Assembly: GCA_963812155.1 (NCBI GenBank)
Contig: CAWETW010000001.1
Location: 384,001 to 448,000 of the forward strand
Origin: Vulcanimicrobiota bacterium
GTDB taxonomy: Bacteria; Vulcanimicrobiota; Vulcanimicrobiia; Vulcanimicrobiales; Vulcanimicrobiaceae
Length of the DNA: 64,000 nucleotides
Direction of reading: 5' to 3'
Below, piece after piece: positions 30,417-40,278 of the stretch. Under the pieces are notes generated by a model that had not been told where the DNA came from, searched no databases, and was given only the letters and a program-made list of their open reading frames with translations. A program made the position numbers and the translations under genes. The stretch's first letter is position 1. The number at the start of each line of letters is the position of its first letter.

Positions 30417-31623
30417 TCAAAACGAGAACGCGTCGTCGAGAGAGTTCGCGCGCCGGTCGGTCTGATCGAGCGACGGTAATCCGAACTGCTCCTCGACGAA
30501 ACGCACGATGCTCCCAAACTCGTACTGCGTGTGCGAGACGTATCCGCGCTTCGCATACGGAGAAACCACGAGCATCGGCACGCGGAAACCGAGTTCCGCG
30601 CCGCTGAGCACCGGCGGCGGCACGTCGTCGTAGAAGAAATCGCTCGACTCCCAGACGACGATGACGGCCGAATGCTGCCAATACCGGCTGCTTTGCAGCG
30701 CGCCGACCACGGTGCTCACCCACTTGGATCCGCTCGCGGTTCCGGGATCGTCGGAGTTTTCGTTTTGCGGATACACCCACGAGACCGAAGGTAACGTGCC
30801 CTTCGCAATGTCGGAGAGAATCGCCGTCTGAGGAGTCGTGACGTTTTCGCGCCAATCGTTGCCGTTGCGTATGTAGCTCAGCGCGTCGATGCCGTTCGTA
30901 CCTTGCGTCCCGACCGGAATGTAATACCGCCACGAGAGATGCGCGCCGTCGAGCAGTTGCGGCAGCGAGTTCCAATCGAAGCACGGAAACGGTCCGTCGA
31001 GTTTCAGGCCGCGCTTGGTGTAAACGGGCGTCGTCGTGCCGGGCCGCGCGTCGCACCCCCACGGACGCTGCGACGGATGATCGGCCAGGTATTCGTTCGG
31101 CTTCACTTTGGAGCGCGCGGCCAAGAGATACAGTTGCGAAATCCAGCCGCTGTTCGAAATCGACGACGCAAACATGTGATCGGCCAGAACGAATTGCTGC
31201 GCGAGCTTCCAGTATTGCGAAATCTGCGTAGCGCGCGACGAAATGGTAAGGAAAGCGCGGAGAAGACTTGTAAACGAGATCGAAACCGTCCATCTTGCCG
31301 TTGTCGTACGCCGTGACGAACGCGTCGAGAGGCGCCTGCGACGATGGATGCTGGGCGATCGTCATCGGTTTGAGCGCCACGACTTGCCCGGTATGCACGA
31401 TGCCCTGCTTGGTGGAGTCGGCGCCGGGAAAACCTGCAAACAAATTATTGAAGCCGCGATGGCCTTGCACCATGATGATGACGTTTTGAATCGGAGAACT
31501 CTTCTCACGAACGCGCTGCAACCGTACGGCGTCGTCCGACGAGCCCGCGGGAAGAGCCGTGTGAGCACCGCAGCCGGTTATAAAAAGAACCGTAGTCAAA
31601 AAAAGCGCAAAATGGTTTCGCAT
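30417..31623 (-). CDS. Phosphoesterase/phospholipase C family lipoprotein with degenerate motifs; apparent +1 frameshift near 31230
   Basis: IQNVIIMVQ, GKMDGF, YWKLAQQFVLAD (shifted frame), LGFRVPMLVVSPYAKRGYVSH. Confidence 0.8.
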
Positions 31624-31645
31624 CGTCTTCTCCTCCCGGCGAGCG

Positions 31646-33922
31646 TTACTTCGACGGGACGAGAACGAGTTGCTGCCGTGTCGCCGCGCGAATCGCCGCG
31701 GTGCTGAAAGGAAGCGGTCGCAAACGACCGGCGATCCAATCCGAACTCAAATCGCGGTAATGCCCCGACCCCGGCTCGCCGGATTCGCCGCTGGGAATCG
31801 CGATGCCGCCGGCATCCCAATCGCCGGCGATCCAAACGGCACGGAAGCTTTGCGAAAAGCCGGGCTCTTGCAGGCGAATCGTGTATTCGTCGCCGTCGCC
31901 GGGCAACGTCGCACCGTTGAGAAACCCGAAACGCAACGGCGCCAGCGGATGCTCGACGGAAACTGCACCGGCTCGTCCCCAGGGCTGGAGCGCATCGCCG
32001 GCGCCGTACGAGGCCGCGCGCAGATCCGCGTCGACGTCGCCTTCACCGGTGCCTCCGCGCAGCGCCTGCAACACGGCGTAGAGCGACGGCGCGCTTTGTT
32101 CTAGGCGCGTGCGCAGCGCATGTTCGAGCGTTGCAGCCTGCGACGAACGCGTGAACGCTCCGTTCCAGCCGCTTAGCGTCCGGGCAACCTTCGAGACCGC
32201 CGGATCCGTGCCGTCGCGCAAGAGCCCGAGCCGCGCGAGACGCGCGAACTCCGCGTCGACCGGAGAAATCGTATCCAACTGCATGCGGGCGAAATAGGCG
32301 GCATCGTAACGGCTGCGCGCGCGCAGTAATTGGGCGATGCGATACGCGCGGTACGGCGGATCGAACGCCGGCGCCAGCCGGTATGGGTAGCGGTCGCCGT
32401 ACATCCGGTTGTTGGCGCTCACGACGATCGCGTCGCCCGACGGCGCCAATGCGGGAAGCCGCGCGAACGCAACCGAGGGATAGTGCACGCGCGCGTCGCC
32501 TGCCGCATGCACGTAGCGCCCCCACGCCGCATCGAGCGGCACGTTGCCGGCCATGTGATAGGCGACGCTTCCGTGCGTGTCGGCGAGGACGAAATTTTCC
32601 GCCGTAGCGCGGTAGGTGCGCAGAACCCGCGTCGCAGACGCAATGCCCGGCGCCCGGTCGAGCGCCAAAAACGCCGACACCGCCGACGCGCCTTCGAAGA
32701 ACGGCGGCCAGCGCACGAGGACGATCCGGCCGCCGTCGTACGCGTCGGGCACGCCGAACTCTCGCGGCGTGCGGTAGTACGCGCGCTTGACGTCTTTCGA
32801 AAAGCGGACGTGGAACGTTTCGCGCACCCAGAAACGCGCGTCGAGCGAGCGCGTGCGAAACAACGTCATCGCCGACGTATCGGCATTGGTTGCGCCCCAG
32901 GCAATGCGTTCGTTGTGGCCGAGCAGCACGCCCGGCGCTCCCGGGATCGACGCACCCGCGACGTGAATGCCGGGCGCGCGCAAATCTTCGACGTACCACA
33001 GACCCGGGATCGTCAAATCGAGGTGCGGATCGTTCGCGAGCAGCGCGCGGCCCGATAGCGTGCGTGCGCCGCCCGCCGCCCACGCATTACTTCCGGCTCG
33101 AACCGCAACCGGTGGAGCGTGTAGCGCGAGCGTCCGCAACGTTCGCCGCGCGAGGCGTTCGCCGGCTTCGAAAGATGCGGCATGCAGCGGCCTGCCTCGC
33201 AACGAGACGTCGTACCGGTCGTCGCTCAGCGGGAAATACTCGGTAAAGCCCGCGGCTCCGTAGTGCCGCCATACATCGTCGCGAGCGAGCACGTCGTGCC
33301 ACGAATCGGCCAGCGCGATCGAAACCGCCAGCGACACGGCGAGCGAGTCCTGCGGCGTCCAGGGCCGCGGCCGGTACATCAACAGCCGGAACTCGACCGG
33401 AAGCGGTTGCGAGCGCATCGCCGCGTTGACCCCGTCGCTAAACGCGCACAGCGCCGCGCGATCGTGAGGCGCCATCGTCCGCCACTGACGGACGGCGACG
33501 TCGCGTACATCGTAATAGCGCTGTTCCTCGTCCATCGGCAACGCCCGCGGACCGAGCACCTCGGAAAGCGTGCCGGCGGCATAACGGCGCGTGAGCTCCA
33601 TCTGAAAAAGCCGATCGGAGCCTTCGATGAATCCCTGGGCGAAAAACACGTCGTGTTCGGACGAAGCGACGACGTGGGGCACGTTGCGCTCGTCGCGCGC
33701 GACGAGCACCGCGGCCCGCAACGACGGTTCGGTGATTCGTCCGCTCTCCGTCGCGCGCGCATTGAAGCCGAACGTGACGTTCAGCGCGTACGCCGCCGCC
33801 GATATCGCCACGACGAGCGCAAACGCCAATCCGTCGCGGTACGCGCGCCGCGCGACCGCGTCGAAGGTCGAGACGGGCCGGCAGAGATCGCGTACGAGAT
33901 CCTCTCGCCGGCGCGCCGTCAA
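31646..33922 (-). CDS. Penicillin acylase family (Ntn-hydrolase) protein
   Basis: RDERNVPHV, DRLFQME, GSNAW autocleavage site, ANDPHL, SANN, GESG..GSGHY. Confidence 0.9.
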   Translation of the reverse strand: MTARRREDLVRDLCRPVSTFDAVARRAYRDGLAFALVVAISAAAYALNVTFGFNARATESGRITEPSLRAAVLVARDERNVPHVVASSEHDVFFAQGFIEGSDRLFQMELTRRYAAGTLSEVLGPRALPMDEEQRYYDVRDVAVRQWRTMAPHDRAALCAFSDGVNAAMRSQPLPVEFRLLMYRPRPWTPQDSLAVSLAVSIALADSWHDVLARDDVWRHYGAAGFTEYFPLSDDRYDVSLRGRPLHAASFEAGERLARRTLRTLALHAPPVAVRAGSNAWAAGGARTLSGRALLANDPHLDLTIPGLWYVEDLRAPGIHVAGASIPGAPGVLLGHNERIAWGATNADTSAMTLFRTRSLDARFWVRETFHVRFSKDVKRAYYRTPREFGVPDAYDGGRIVLVRWPPFFEGASAVSAFLALDRAPGIASATRVLRTYRATAENFVLADTHGSVAYHMAGNVPLDAAWGRYVHAAGDARVHYPSVAFARLPALAPSGDAIVVSANNRMYGDRYPYRLAPAFDPPYRAYRIAQLLRARSRYDAAYFARMQLDTISPVDAEFARLARLGLLRDGTDPAVSKVARTLSGWNGAFTRSSQAATLEHALRTRLEQSAPSLYAVLQALRGGTGEGDVDADLRAASYGAGDALQPWGRAGAVSVEHPLAPLRFGFLNGATLPGDGDEYTIRLQEPGFSQSFRAVWIAGDWDAGGIAIPSGESGEPGSGHYRDLSSDWIAGRLRPLPFSTAAIRAATRQQLVLVPSK

Positions 33923-33947
33923 TGGAAGCCGATGGTCGCTCGTGTCG

Positions 33948-34664
33948 TTAGGTCTTTTCCGCCAAAAGTTGCGAGTAAATTAATCCCGCGATTGCGGCGC
34001 CGACGATCGGTGCGACCCAGAAGAGCCACAGTTGTCCGACCGCCCAACCGCCTTGTGCGAATAGCGCGGGCCCGAGACTGCGCGCCGGATTCACCGACGT
34101 GTTGGTAATCGGAATGCTGACGAGATGGATGAGCGTCAAGCACAGACCAATGGCGAGCCCGGCGAAGCCCGCCGGAGCGCGCTTGTCGGTCGCCCCGAGA
34201 ATGACCGCCAGGAAGAAAAACGTCAGCACTGCCTCTGCAACGAACGCCGACATCAAACTGTAATGGCCGGGGGAGTGGTCGCCGTAGCCGTTGGCGGCAA
34301 AATCGCCGGTGCCGGTGAAGCCGGCGCGGCCCGACATGATGAGGTAGAGCACCGCGGCGGCAGCAATCGCGGCGACGCACTGCACGATGATGTAGGGAAT
34401 CACGTCCTTCGCCTCAAAGCGCCGGCCGAGCCAAAGACCGACCGTTACGGCGGGGTTGAAGTGGCCGCCCGAAATAGGACCGAGCGCATAGACGCCGGTG
34501 AGCACCGTCAATCCGAATGCGAGCGCCACGCCCGCGAAGCCGATACCGAGCTGTACGTTGTTCGCCGATGGAAACGTAGCGGCGAAGATCGCCGCACCGC
34601 AGCCGCCGAAAACGAGCCAAAACGTTCCGAGGAACTCCGCCGCGAGGCGCTTAGCAATGGGCAT
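33948..34664 (-). CDS. aqpZ: Aquaporin Z
   Basis: [41 protein letters not shown]. Confidence 0.95.
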   Translation of the reverse strand: MPIAKRLAAEFLGTFWLVFGGCGAAIFAATFPSANNVQLGIGFAGVALAFGLTVLTGVYALGPISGGHFNPAVTVGLWLGRRFEAKDVIPYIIVQCVAAIAAAAVLYLIMSGRAGFTGTGDFAANGYGDHSPGHYSLMSAFVAEAVLTFFFLAVILGATDKRAPAGFAGLAIGLCLTLIHLVSIPITNTSVNPARSLGPALFAQGGWAVGQLWLFWVAPIVGAAIAGLIYSQLLAEKT

Positions 34665-34705
34665 GTAGGCCCCTCCTTCTGCGGCGATTGTACCGGCTGC
34701 GGCAC

Positions 34706-34742
34706 AAAAAAGGAACCGCCCGGCTGCACGAGCCGGGCGGTT
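34706..34742 (-). terminator. Rho-independent terminator of the phasin-like gene
   Basis: AACCGCCCGGCT/AGCCGGGCGGTT stem followed by a T6 tract on the minus strand. Confidence 0.8.
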
Positions 34743-34766
34743 TGCTACCCCTTGTTCTCTAGAAGG

Positions 34767-35141
34767 TTACTTAGCGGGAACGGGCTTCGGGCCGACGACC
34801 ATGCCGTTTTGCGACGTCTGAACGCTCGCGGCAGCCTGCTTCACGGTGGCCTCGGCTTGCTTCTGCGTCTCGACGAGCATCTCGGCGAGCTTCAGCGTGT
34901 ACTGCTTGCGAAGTTCGAGCATCTGTGCGGCGAAACCGAAAGACATTTCGACGAACTGCGTCGGCGACGGCATGTTCTCGAAGGTCGGGAGCGTGCCCGG
35001 CTTCTCGGCGAACTCTTTGCCGAAGGCGCGGAACTGATCGAACGCCCGAAGGCTCGCATCCTGACCCTGCTTCATGGCGGCCAGGCTCTCTTGCTGCATC
35101 TTGCTGACGAAGTCTACGACATTGACGGACATGTTTTCCAA
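34767..35141 (-). CDS. Phasin-like / inclusion-surface amphipathic helical protein (putative)
   Basis: ~124 aa, helical, Q/A/K/E/F-rich, no TM, own promoter and terminator, next to phaC; function inferred from context. Confidence 0.6.
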   Translation of the reverse strand: MENMSVNVVDFVSKMQQESLAAMKQGQDASLRAFDQFRAFGKEFAEKPGTLPTFENMPSPTQFVEMSFGFAAQMLELRKQYTLKLAEMLVETQKQAEATVKQAAASVQTSQNGMVVGPKPVPAK

Positions 35142-35169
35142 TACTCTCCTCGGTGGGTTGTGAATCGTG

Positions 35170-35204
35170 TGCTAAGTATACCAAGCAGCTGGGGCATATG
35201 TCAA
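35170..35204 (-). promoter_or_regulatory. Sigma70-type promoter of the phasin-like gene with an overlapping palindrome
   Basis: Minus strand TTGACA-N18-TATACT with extended -10 TG; TGCTTGGTATACTTAGCA imperfect palindrome over the -10. Confidence 0.7.
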
Positions 35205-35224
35205 TCGAGGCAAGGATGCCACTT

Positions 35225-36343
35225 TTATCGCACAGGAGCAAAAACGGCTTGGTGGGCCGCCACGATGCGCGCCTGCGTCGCCGGGTCCACGGCGGTCGAC
35301 CAGTTTCCGGGTTCGAAGGTTCCCCCGAGCACGATGCCGTCCGTACGCGGAAACATATAAATGTTCGAGGCGAGGTACGTGTACTCCACGTCGGGCTGCG
35401 GCTCGAGAATTGAGAGCTGTCCGCGCACCGGCTGAAGGTCGCCGTCGGAAAATAGCGCGCGCGAGCCCAAACCGGTGCAGTTGAAGACGACGGGTTCTTG
35501 CAGCGATGCCACGTCGGCCGGCGTTGCAAACCTGCGCACGACGATGTGGCCGCCGCGCAGCAGAAAGTCGCGCTGGACCGCCGGCAAGAACGTATTCGGT
35601 TCCATCAGCATCGTCGTGAAGCGGCGCACGCTCTTGAATCCGACGAACGGCAGCGTCGCGGGATCGATCGTCTCGACGTCGGCGTAGAGATCGAGGATGC
35701 CGGCTCGTTCGGCATAGTCGAGTTCGCCGCCAGGCGTCTGCGGATCGTGTTTGAGGTCGTAGTTGTCGAGCCAGCGCACGCCGTACAAGGGACCGGCCAT
35801 TAACTGAAAGCGCCGGTTGGCGATGCGTGCCGCGCGGCGAAACGTCTCCATGAACGCCGGCGTCGCGGCGTTACGATCGAACAGCAGCGTCGGCGTCCAT
35901 TGCGCGCCCGCGACGTTCGACGTGGTATCCGGCGGAAGATTCGCCGCATAAATCGTCACTTGCCATCCGCGGTCTTGCAGCACGCGCGCCGTCGTCAGGC
36001 CGACGACGCCGCAGCCCATGACCGCAGCGTGCGAAGGCGATCGATCTTTCACGAAATCGGCCGCAAGTTCGGCACAACCCCACGAGAGGCTGAATCCGCC
36101 TCCTCCGTGCCCGTAGTTGTGCACGAGCACCTTCGACGAAAACCGCTGCGCGCGCAGCACGAACCCCGGTGCGCGAAACGGCCGCAGGCCGGCGATGGTG
36201 CGAATCACGCGATCCAGCTCGACCCGAACGGGGACGACCGGCCGATCCGGGGGTGTCGCGCCCAGTGCCCTCGCCGAGAGACGCGTCGCCGCGATCGCCG
36301 AGATGCTCAGCGTCGATCCGATAAACGCGCCGCGCGAAAGCAC
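35225..36343 (-). CDS. D-amino-acid oxidase-like FAD oxidoreductase with Tat-like leader
   Basis: GLRPFR, HNYGHGGGG, VMGCGVVG, TTSNVAG, NCTGLGS, PVRGQ; leader SRGAFIG. Confidence 0.82.
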   Translation of the reverse strand: MLSRGAFIGSTLSISAIAATRLSARALGATPPDRPVVPVRVELDRVIRTIAGLRPFRAPGFVLRAQRFSSKVLVHNYGHGGGGFSLSWGCAELAADFVKDRSPSHAAVMGCGVVGLTTARVLQDRGWQVTIYAANLPPDTTSNVAGAQWTPTLLFDRNAATPAFMETFRRAARIANRRFQLMAGPLYGVRWLDNYDLKHDPQTPGGELDYAERAGILDLYADVETIDPATLPFVGFKSVRRFTTMLMEPNTFLPAVQRDFLLRGGHIVVRRFATPADVASLQEPVVFNCTGLGSRALFSDGDLQPVRGQLSILEPQPDVEYTYLASNIYMFPRTDGIVLGGTFEPGNWSTAVDPATQARIVAAHQAVFAPVR

Positions 36344-36355
36344 GCTCGTGTCCCG

Positions 36356-36724
36356 TTAGGCCGTGCCGGTGAAGCTGCGATAAATGCGGATCAGTGCTTC
36401 TTTTTGGTCGACCGTCAGACGCGGGTCGAGTTTGATCGCGTTTTCGACGCCGTGCGGACTGTCGCCGCCCGAGGTATCGTCGAGCAAGCCGGCTTGCGCG
36501 TACATCGTTTCGGCGGAGAGATGCAGCGCGTTCGCGATTTGCTTGAGCACGTCGGCCGAAGGCTTATAGAGTCCGCGCTCGACTTGGCTCAAATACGGAT
36601 TGGAGATTTTCGCAATTTCGGCGAGTTGACGCATCGAAAGATTCGCCAGTTCGCGCTGACCGCGAATGAAGTCTCCGAGACTGCGCCAGGAGCTCGCGCC
36701 CCGGTCGTCGTCGGAATCGCTCAC
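36356..36724 (-). CDS. XRE-family HTH transcriptional regulator (Rv0474/MLDSR-like)
   Basis: GTG overlaps the phaC stop; LGDFIRGQRELANLSMRQLA...SNPYLSQVERGLYKPSADVL. Confidence 0.85.
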   Translation of the reverse strand: MSDSDDDRGASSWRSLGDFIRGQRELANLSMRQLAEIAKISNPYLSQVERGLYKPSADVLKQIANALHLSAETMYAQAGLLDDTSGGDSPHGVENAIKLDPRLTVDQKEALIRIYRSFTGTA

Positions 36725-38478
36725 GCTTTGCGCTTCCGTTCGGGAGGCCGGAACGGCGTGCCGCCTTCGTTGCGAACGTAACCGCCCGGAGCCGGTTCGC
36801 CGTCCGGCAGTGCGTACGGCGCGACCATCTCGCCGCCGTGCGACTGCGCCCACGCCGCCCAGTCTTCCCACCAACTCCCGGGACGGCGTTCGGCCGTTTC
36901 GAGCCACTCTTCGGCGCTCTCGCCGCGCAGCGCCCGCTCCTTCGTGTAGTACAGACTCTTCTTGCCGCCCGGCGGATTGACGATGCCGGCGATGTGGCCC
37001 GAGTTCGAGAGCGTAAACTTCGCCGGGCCGCCGACGTTTTGCGTCGTAAGATAGGTGGCGCGCCACGGTGCGATGTGATCGCTTTCGGCGCCCAACACGT
37101 AGAGCGGCGACGCGATGTTGTTTAAATCGATCGGCGTATCGTCGATCGTGAACGCGTTCGGCTTCACGATAGCGTTGTTGAGATAGCAGGCGCGCAGGTA
37201 TTGCGAATGCATCTCCACCGGCATCCGCGTCGAGTCGCTGTTCCAGGCGAGAATGTCGAACGCGGGCGGCTGCTTGCCCTTGAACCAGCTATTGACCACG
37301 TAGCTCCAGATCAGGTCGTGCGAGCGCATCCAGTCGAACGTCTTTGCCATCTCGGCGGATTCCAAATAGCCGCGCTCGCGCATGCGCCGTTCCAGGCGCA
37401 CGATCGTATCTTCGTCGGTGAAGATGCCGAGATCGCCGGGAAGGCTGAAGTCGATCAGGGTATTGGTGACGGTCGTAGCGTGCACGCGGCCCGATTGGCC
37501 GTGCGCGGCGAGGTATGCAAGCGCGATCAGCGCGAGCGTTCCGCCGAGGCACAGCGCCGCAATGTTGACTTCCTTTGCGCCGGTAATCCCCTGCACCGTG
37601 TCGAGTGCCGCCAGCACGCCGGATCGCAAGTAGTCGTCCATCTTGTAGTGCGACATCGACGCGTCGGGATTGCGGTAACTGATCATGAAGACTTGATGGC
37701 CGTGCTGCACCGCCCATTCGACGAAGGAGCGTCCCGGCGCCAAATCCATGATGTAGTATTTGTTGATCCACGGCGGGCTGCACAGAAGCGGGCGCGCGTG
37801 GACCTTCGTCGTCTGCGGCTCGTACGCGATTAATTCGATTAGGTCGTTGCGCATCACGACGCGCCCGGGCGTCGCGGCGATGTTCTTGCCGAGCTCGAAG
37901 CCCGACTTGTCGACCTGGCGCGGATAGCCGCCGTTGTTCTGGACGTCGTCGAGGAAGTTGCGCATGCCTTGGACGAGGCTCATCCCGCCGCTGTTCATCG
38001 CTTCTTTCAGGACGCCGGGATTGAGCCACGGCACGTTGCTCGGCGCGACGGCGTCGAGCATGAGTTGCATGGCGAAGCGCGCCTTGCGTTTTGTCGCTTC
38101 GGGCAAGCGCGTCGACTCGACGAGCTGCATCGCTGCTTCGCAGCGCACGCGGTAGTCCTCAACGATTCCCGCGAGCATGGGATTTGCCGACCACTCGGGT
38201 TCGCTAAAGCGTTTGTCCGGCGCGGCGTCGCGCTGACCAGCCGATGCGACGGGTTCTTGGCCGCCCAGGCGTCGCATCATGTTCAAACCGACGTTTTGTT
38301 CGGCGAGCGCGAAGCCCGAAAGCCAGGTGCTCATGCGCATCGGATCGGCCATCGCATCCGCCATGACGGCTTTCAGTGCATCGTTGAGCGAGGCGGGATC
38401 CAGCCCGGTGACGTCGATGCCGTAACTCAAGTCGTCGGCGGTCATCTGGAGGGTTGGCGATTCGAAAAGCGCGGTCAC
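36721..38478 (-). CDS. phaC: Polyhydroxyalkanoate synthase (single-subunit class I/II type)
   Basis: PPWINKYYIMDL, lipase box ALCLGG, FDILAWNSD, DHIAPW, SGHIAG, GSWWEDW; GTG start overlaps the phaB stop. Confidence 0.93.
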   Translation of the reverse strand: MTALFESPTLQMTADDLSYGIDVTGLDPASLNDALKAVMADAMADPMRMSTWLSGFALAEQNVGLNMMRRLGGQEPVASAGQRDAAPDKRFSEPEWSANPMLAGIVEDYRVRCEAAMQLVESTRLPEATKRKARFAMQLMLDAVAPSNVPWLNPGVLKEAMNSGGMSLVQGMRNFLDDVQNNGGYPRQVDKSGFELGKNIAATPGRVVMRNDLIELIAYEPQTTKVHARPLLCSPPWINKYYIMDLAPGRSFVEWAVQHGHQVFMISYRNPDASMSHYKMDDYLRSGVLAALDTVQGITGAKEVNIAALCLGGTLALIALAYLAAHGQSGRVHATTVTNTLIDFSLPGDLGIFTDEDTIVRLERRMRERGYLESAEMAKTFDWMRSHDLIWSYVVNSWFKGKQPPAFDILAWNSDSTRMPVEMHSQYLRACYLNNAIVKPNAFTIDDTPIDLNNIASPLYVLGAESDHIAPWRATYLTTQNVGGPAKFTLSNSGHIAGIVNPPGGKKSLYYTKERALRGESAEEWLETAERRPGSWWEDWAAWAQSHGGEMVAPYALPDGEPAPGGYVRNEGGTPFRPPERKRKA

Positions 38479-39230
38479 ATGTACCATCCGCCGTTGACGT
38501 TGTATACGGCGCCGGTGATGTACGCGGAGCGTTCGTCGACGAGAAAGCGCACGAGGTGCGCGACCTCTTCGGGCTGTCCGAGACGGCGCTTCGGCGTCTG
38601 TGAAATCGCGGCTTCGATGGCCGCGCTCGGCATGGCTTTCGTCATCTCGGTATCGATGAAGCCGGGGGCGACCGCGTTGACGGTGATGTGGTTCTTGGCG
38701 ACCTCGAGCGCAACGGTCTTGGTGAGACCGAGGAGCCCCGCCTTCGCTGCCGAGTAGTTCGCCTGGCCGAAGTTGCCGCTCTCGCCGACGACCGAGCTGA
38801 TGTTCACGATCCGGCCGAAGTCCTGTGCGATCATCGTTTCGATGACCGCCTTGGTCATAAAAAACGGTCCCGAAAGATTTACTTGCAGAACCGCTTGCCA
38901 TTCCTCGACCGTCATTTTGCGGACGGTGTGATCGCGCGTGATGCCGGCGTTGTTGATGAGGTAGTCGATGCGTCCGTGTTCCTCGACGATGCCTTCGACG
39001 ACGCGCCGGCAGTCGGCGTAGATGCCGACGTCCCCCTCGTAAAAGTGAATCCGGGAGGCACTCCCGTTGAGGCGAATGCGGAGTTTCTCGGTGCGTTCCC
39101 GGTCGACCGGAAGCCCCAAGATGGCGACGGTTGCTCCGTCCTGGGCAAGGAGGCGGCTGATCGCCCCTCCGATGCCACCGGCGCCTCCGGTGACGAGTGC
39201 GACTCTTTTTTCAAGCGGTAGACTGCTCAC
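38475..39230 (-). CDS. phaB: Acetoacetyl-CoA reductase (SDR)
   Basis: TGGAGGIG, NNAGITRD, GNFGQANYSAAKAG, NGGWYM; coupled to phaC. Confidence 0.85.
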   Translation of the reverse strand: MSSLPLEKRVALVTGGAGGIGGAISRLLAQDGATVAILGLPVDRERTEKLRIRLNGSASRIHFYEGDVGIYADCRRVVEGIVEEHGRIDYLINNAGITRDHTVRKMTVEEWQAVLQVNLSGPFFMTKAVIETMIAQDFGRIVNISSVVGESGNFGQANYSAAKAGLLGLTKTVALEVAKNHITVNAVAPGFIDTEMTKAMPSAAIEAAISQTPKRRLGQPEEVAHLVRFLVDERSAYITGAVYNVNGGWYM

Positions 39231-39280
39231 GCGCTAGATTTACGCAGCACTTCCTCAGGTTACCTTTTCCGCGAGAGCCG

Positions 39281-40150
39281 CTACTTCCAGACGCCTTGGA
39301 TGACGGGTGTGCGGCACGCGCGAGCGGTGCAGGCCGCTCCCAGAGCCTCTTCGATCGTGTGAAGCACCGAATAATGCGTGACGGCCTGCGAATACGAGCC
39401 GGGAACGACCGCCGGCCCGATCAGCAGGGTCGCGACGTGATTGGTGCCGCTGCGGTCGGGATCGGCCTCGTCCCAGGTAAGGATCAACAGACCGTCATGC
39501 GTGGCGTTGTATTCCAGCACCGCGGGAAGATGTGCCCTGAGCCAGTTGTCGCCGGTTCGCGTGCTGCAATCGTGCATGTCGTTGCAGAGGTTCGGCGCGA
39601 TGATTGCGAGCTGCGGCGGCGACGCTGGAAAGCCGTCATAAACGAGATTCGAAGACGCCGGGACGCCGCTGAAGTCGACCCACGGGTTGTGCTTGCGCGC
39701 GTACTTCCCGGAGAAGCAAGCGGTAGAGCCGCTGCCCGGCATCGACTCGGAGTACCCGGCGAAGCTTTTTCCCGCCGCAAGCAGCGCGGCGCCCACGTTC
39801 GTGCTCGAAAACGTGTGGGGACAGGAATCATCGATCACGCCCTGGGTCGAGCCGGAAAAGAGCGCAAGATAGTTAGGCAGGCTGGGATGCGTGACCGCAT
39901 GACTGTTGGTCATCAATGCCGCTTCGGGTACCAGCGTGCCGTTGATATACGGCGCTTGCGGGCTTCCGATGATGAGGCTATAGTCGCGGTTTTCCATGAT
40001 GACGACGACGACGTTGCCCGCATGAGGGCGCGACGCCGCTGCGACCGGCCGCGCAGACGCCGGAACGGCCCCGGCAACCGAGCCCCGCGCCCATCCGGCG
40101 AACGACAGCGCGAAAAATGCCGCGAAGGCGACCACATTCGAACGATTCAC
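39281..40150 (-). CDS. Secreted acid phosphatase, phosphoesterase family
   Basis: [37 protein letters not shown]. Confidence 0.85.
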   Translation of the reverse strand: MNRSNVVAFAAFFALSFAGWARGSVAGAVPASARPVAAASRPHAGNVVVVIMENRDYSLIIGSPQAPYINGTLVPEAALMTNSHAVTHPSLPNYLALFSGSTQGVIDDSCPHTFSSTNVGAALLAAGKSFAGYSESMPGSGSTACFSGKYARKHNPWVDFSGVPASSNLVYDGFPASPPQLAIIAPNLCNDMHDCSTRTGDNWLRAHLPAVLEYNATHDGLLILTWDEADPDRSGTNHVATLLIGPAVVPGSYSQAVTHYSVLHTIEEALGAACTARACRTPVIQGVWK

Positions 40151-40278
40151 GTACGTCCTCCGTTGCGAAAGTAGCGCATTTTTCTGCGGTGCGATTCCCG
40201 TTCACTGCCGAGGAGCGCGGCTTCGCGTCCCCGAAATTTTGGCAATTCTTCCTTCACATTACGAGGTCCGACCAATTC

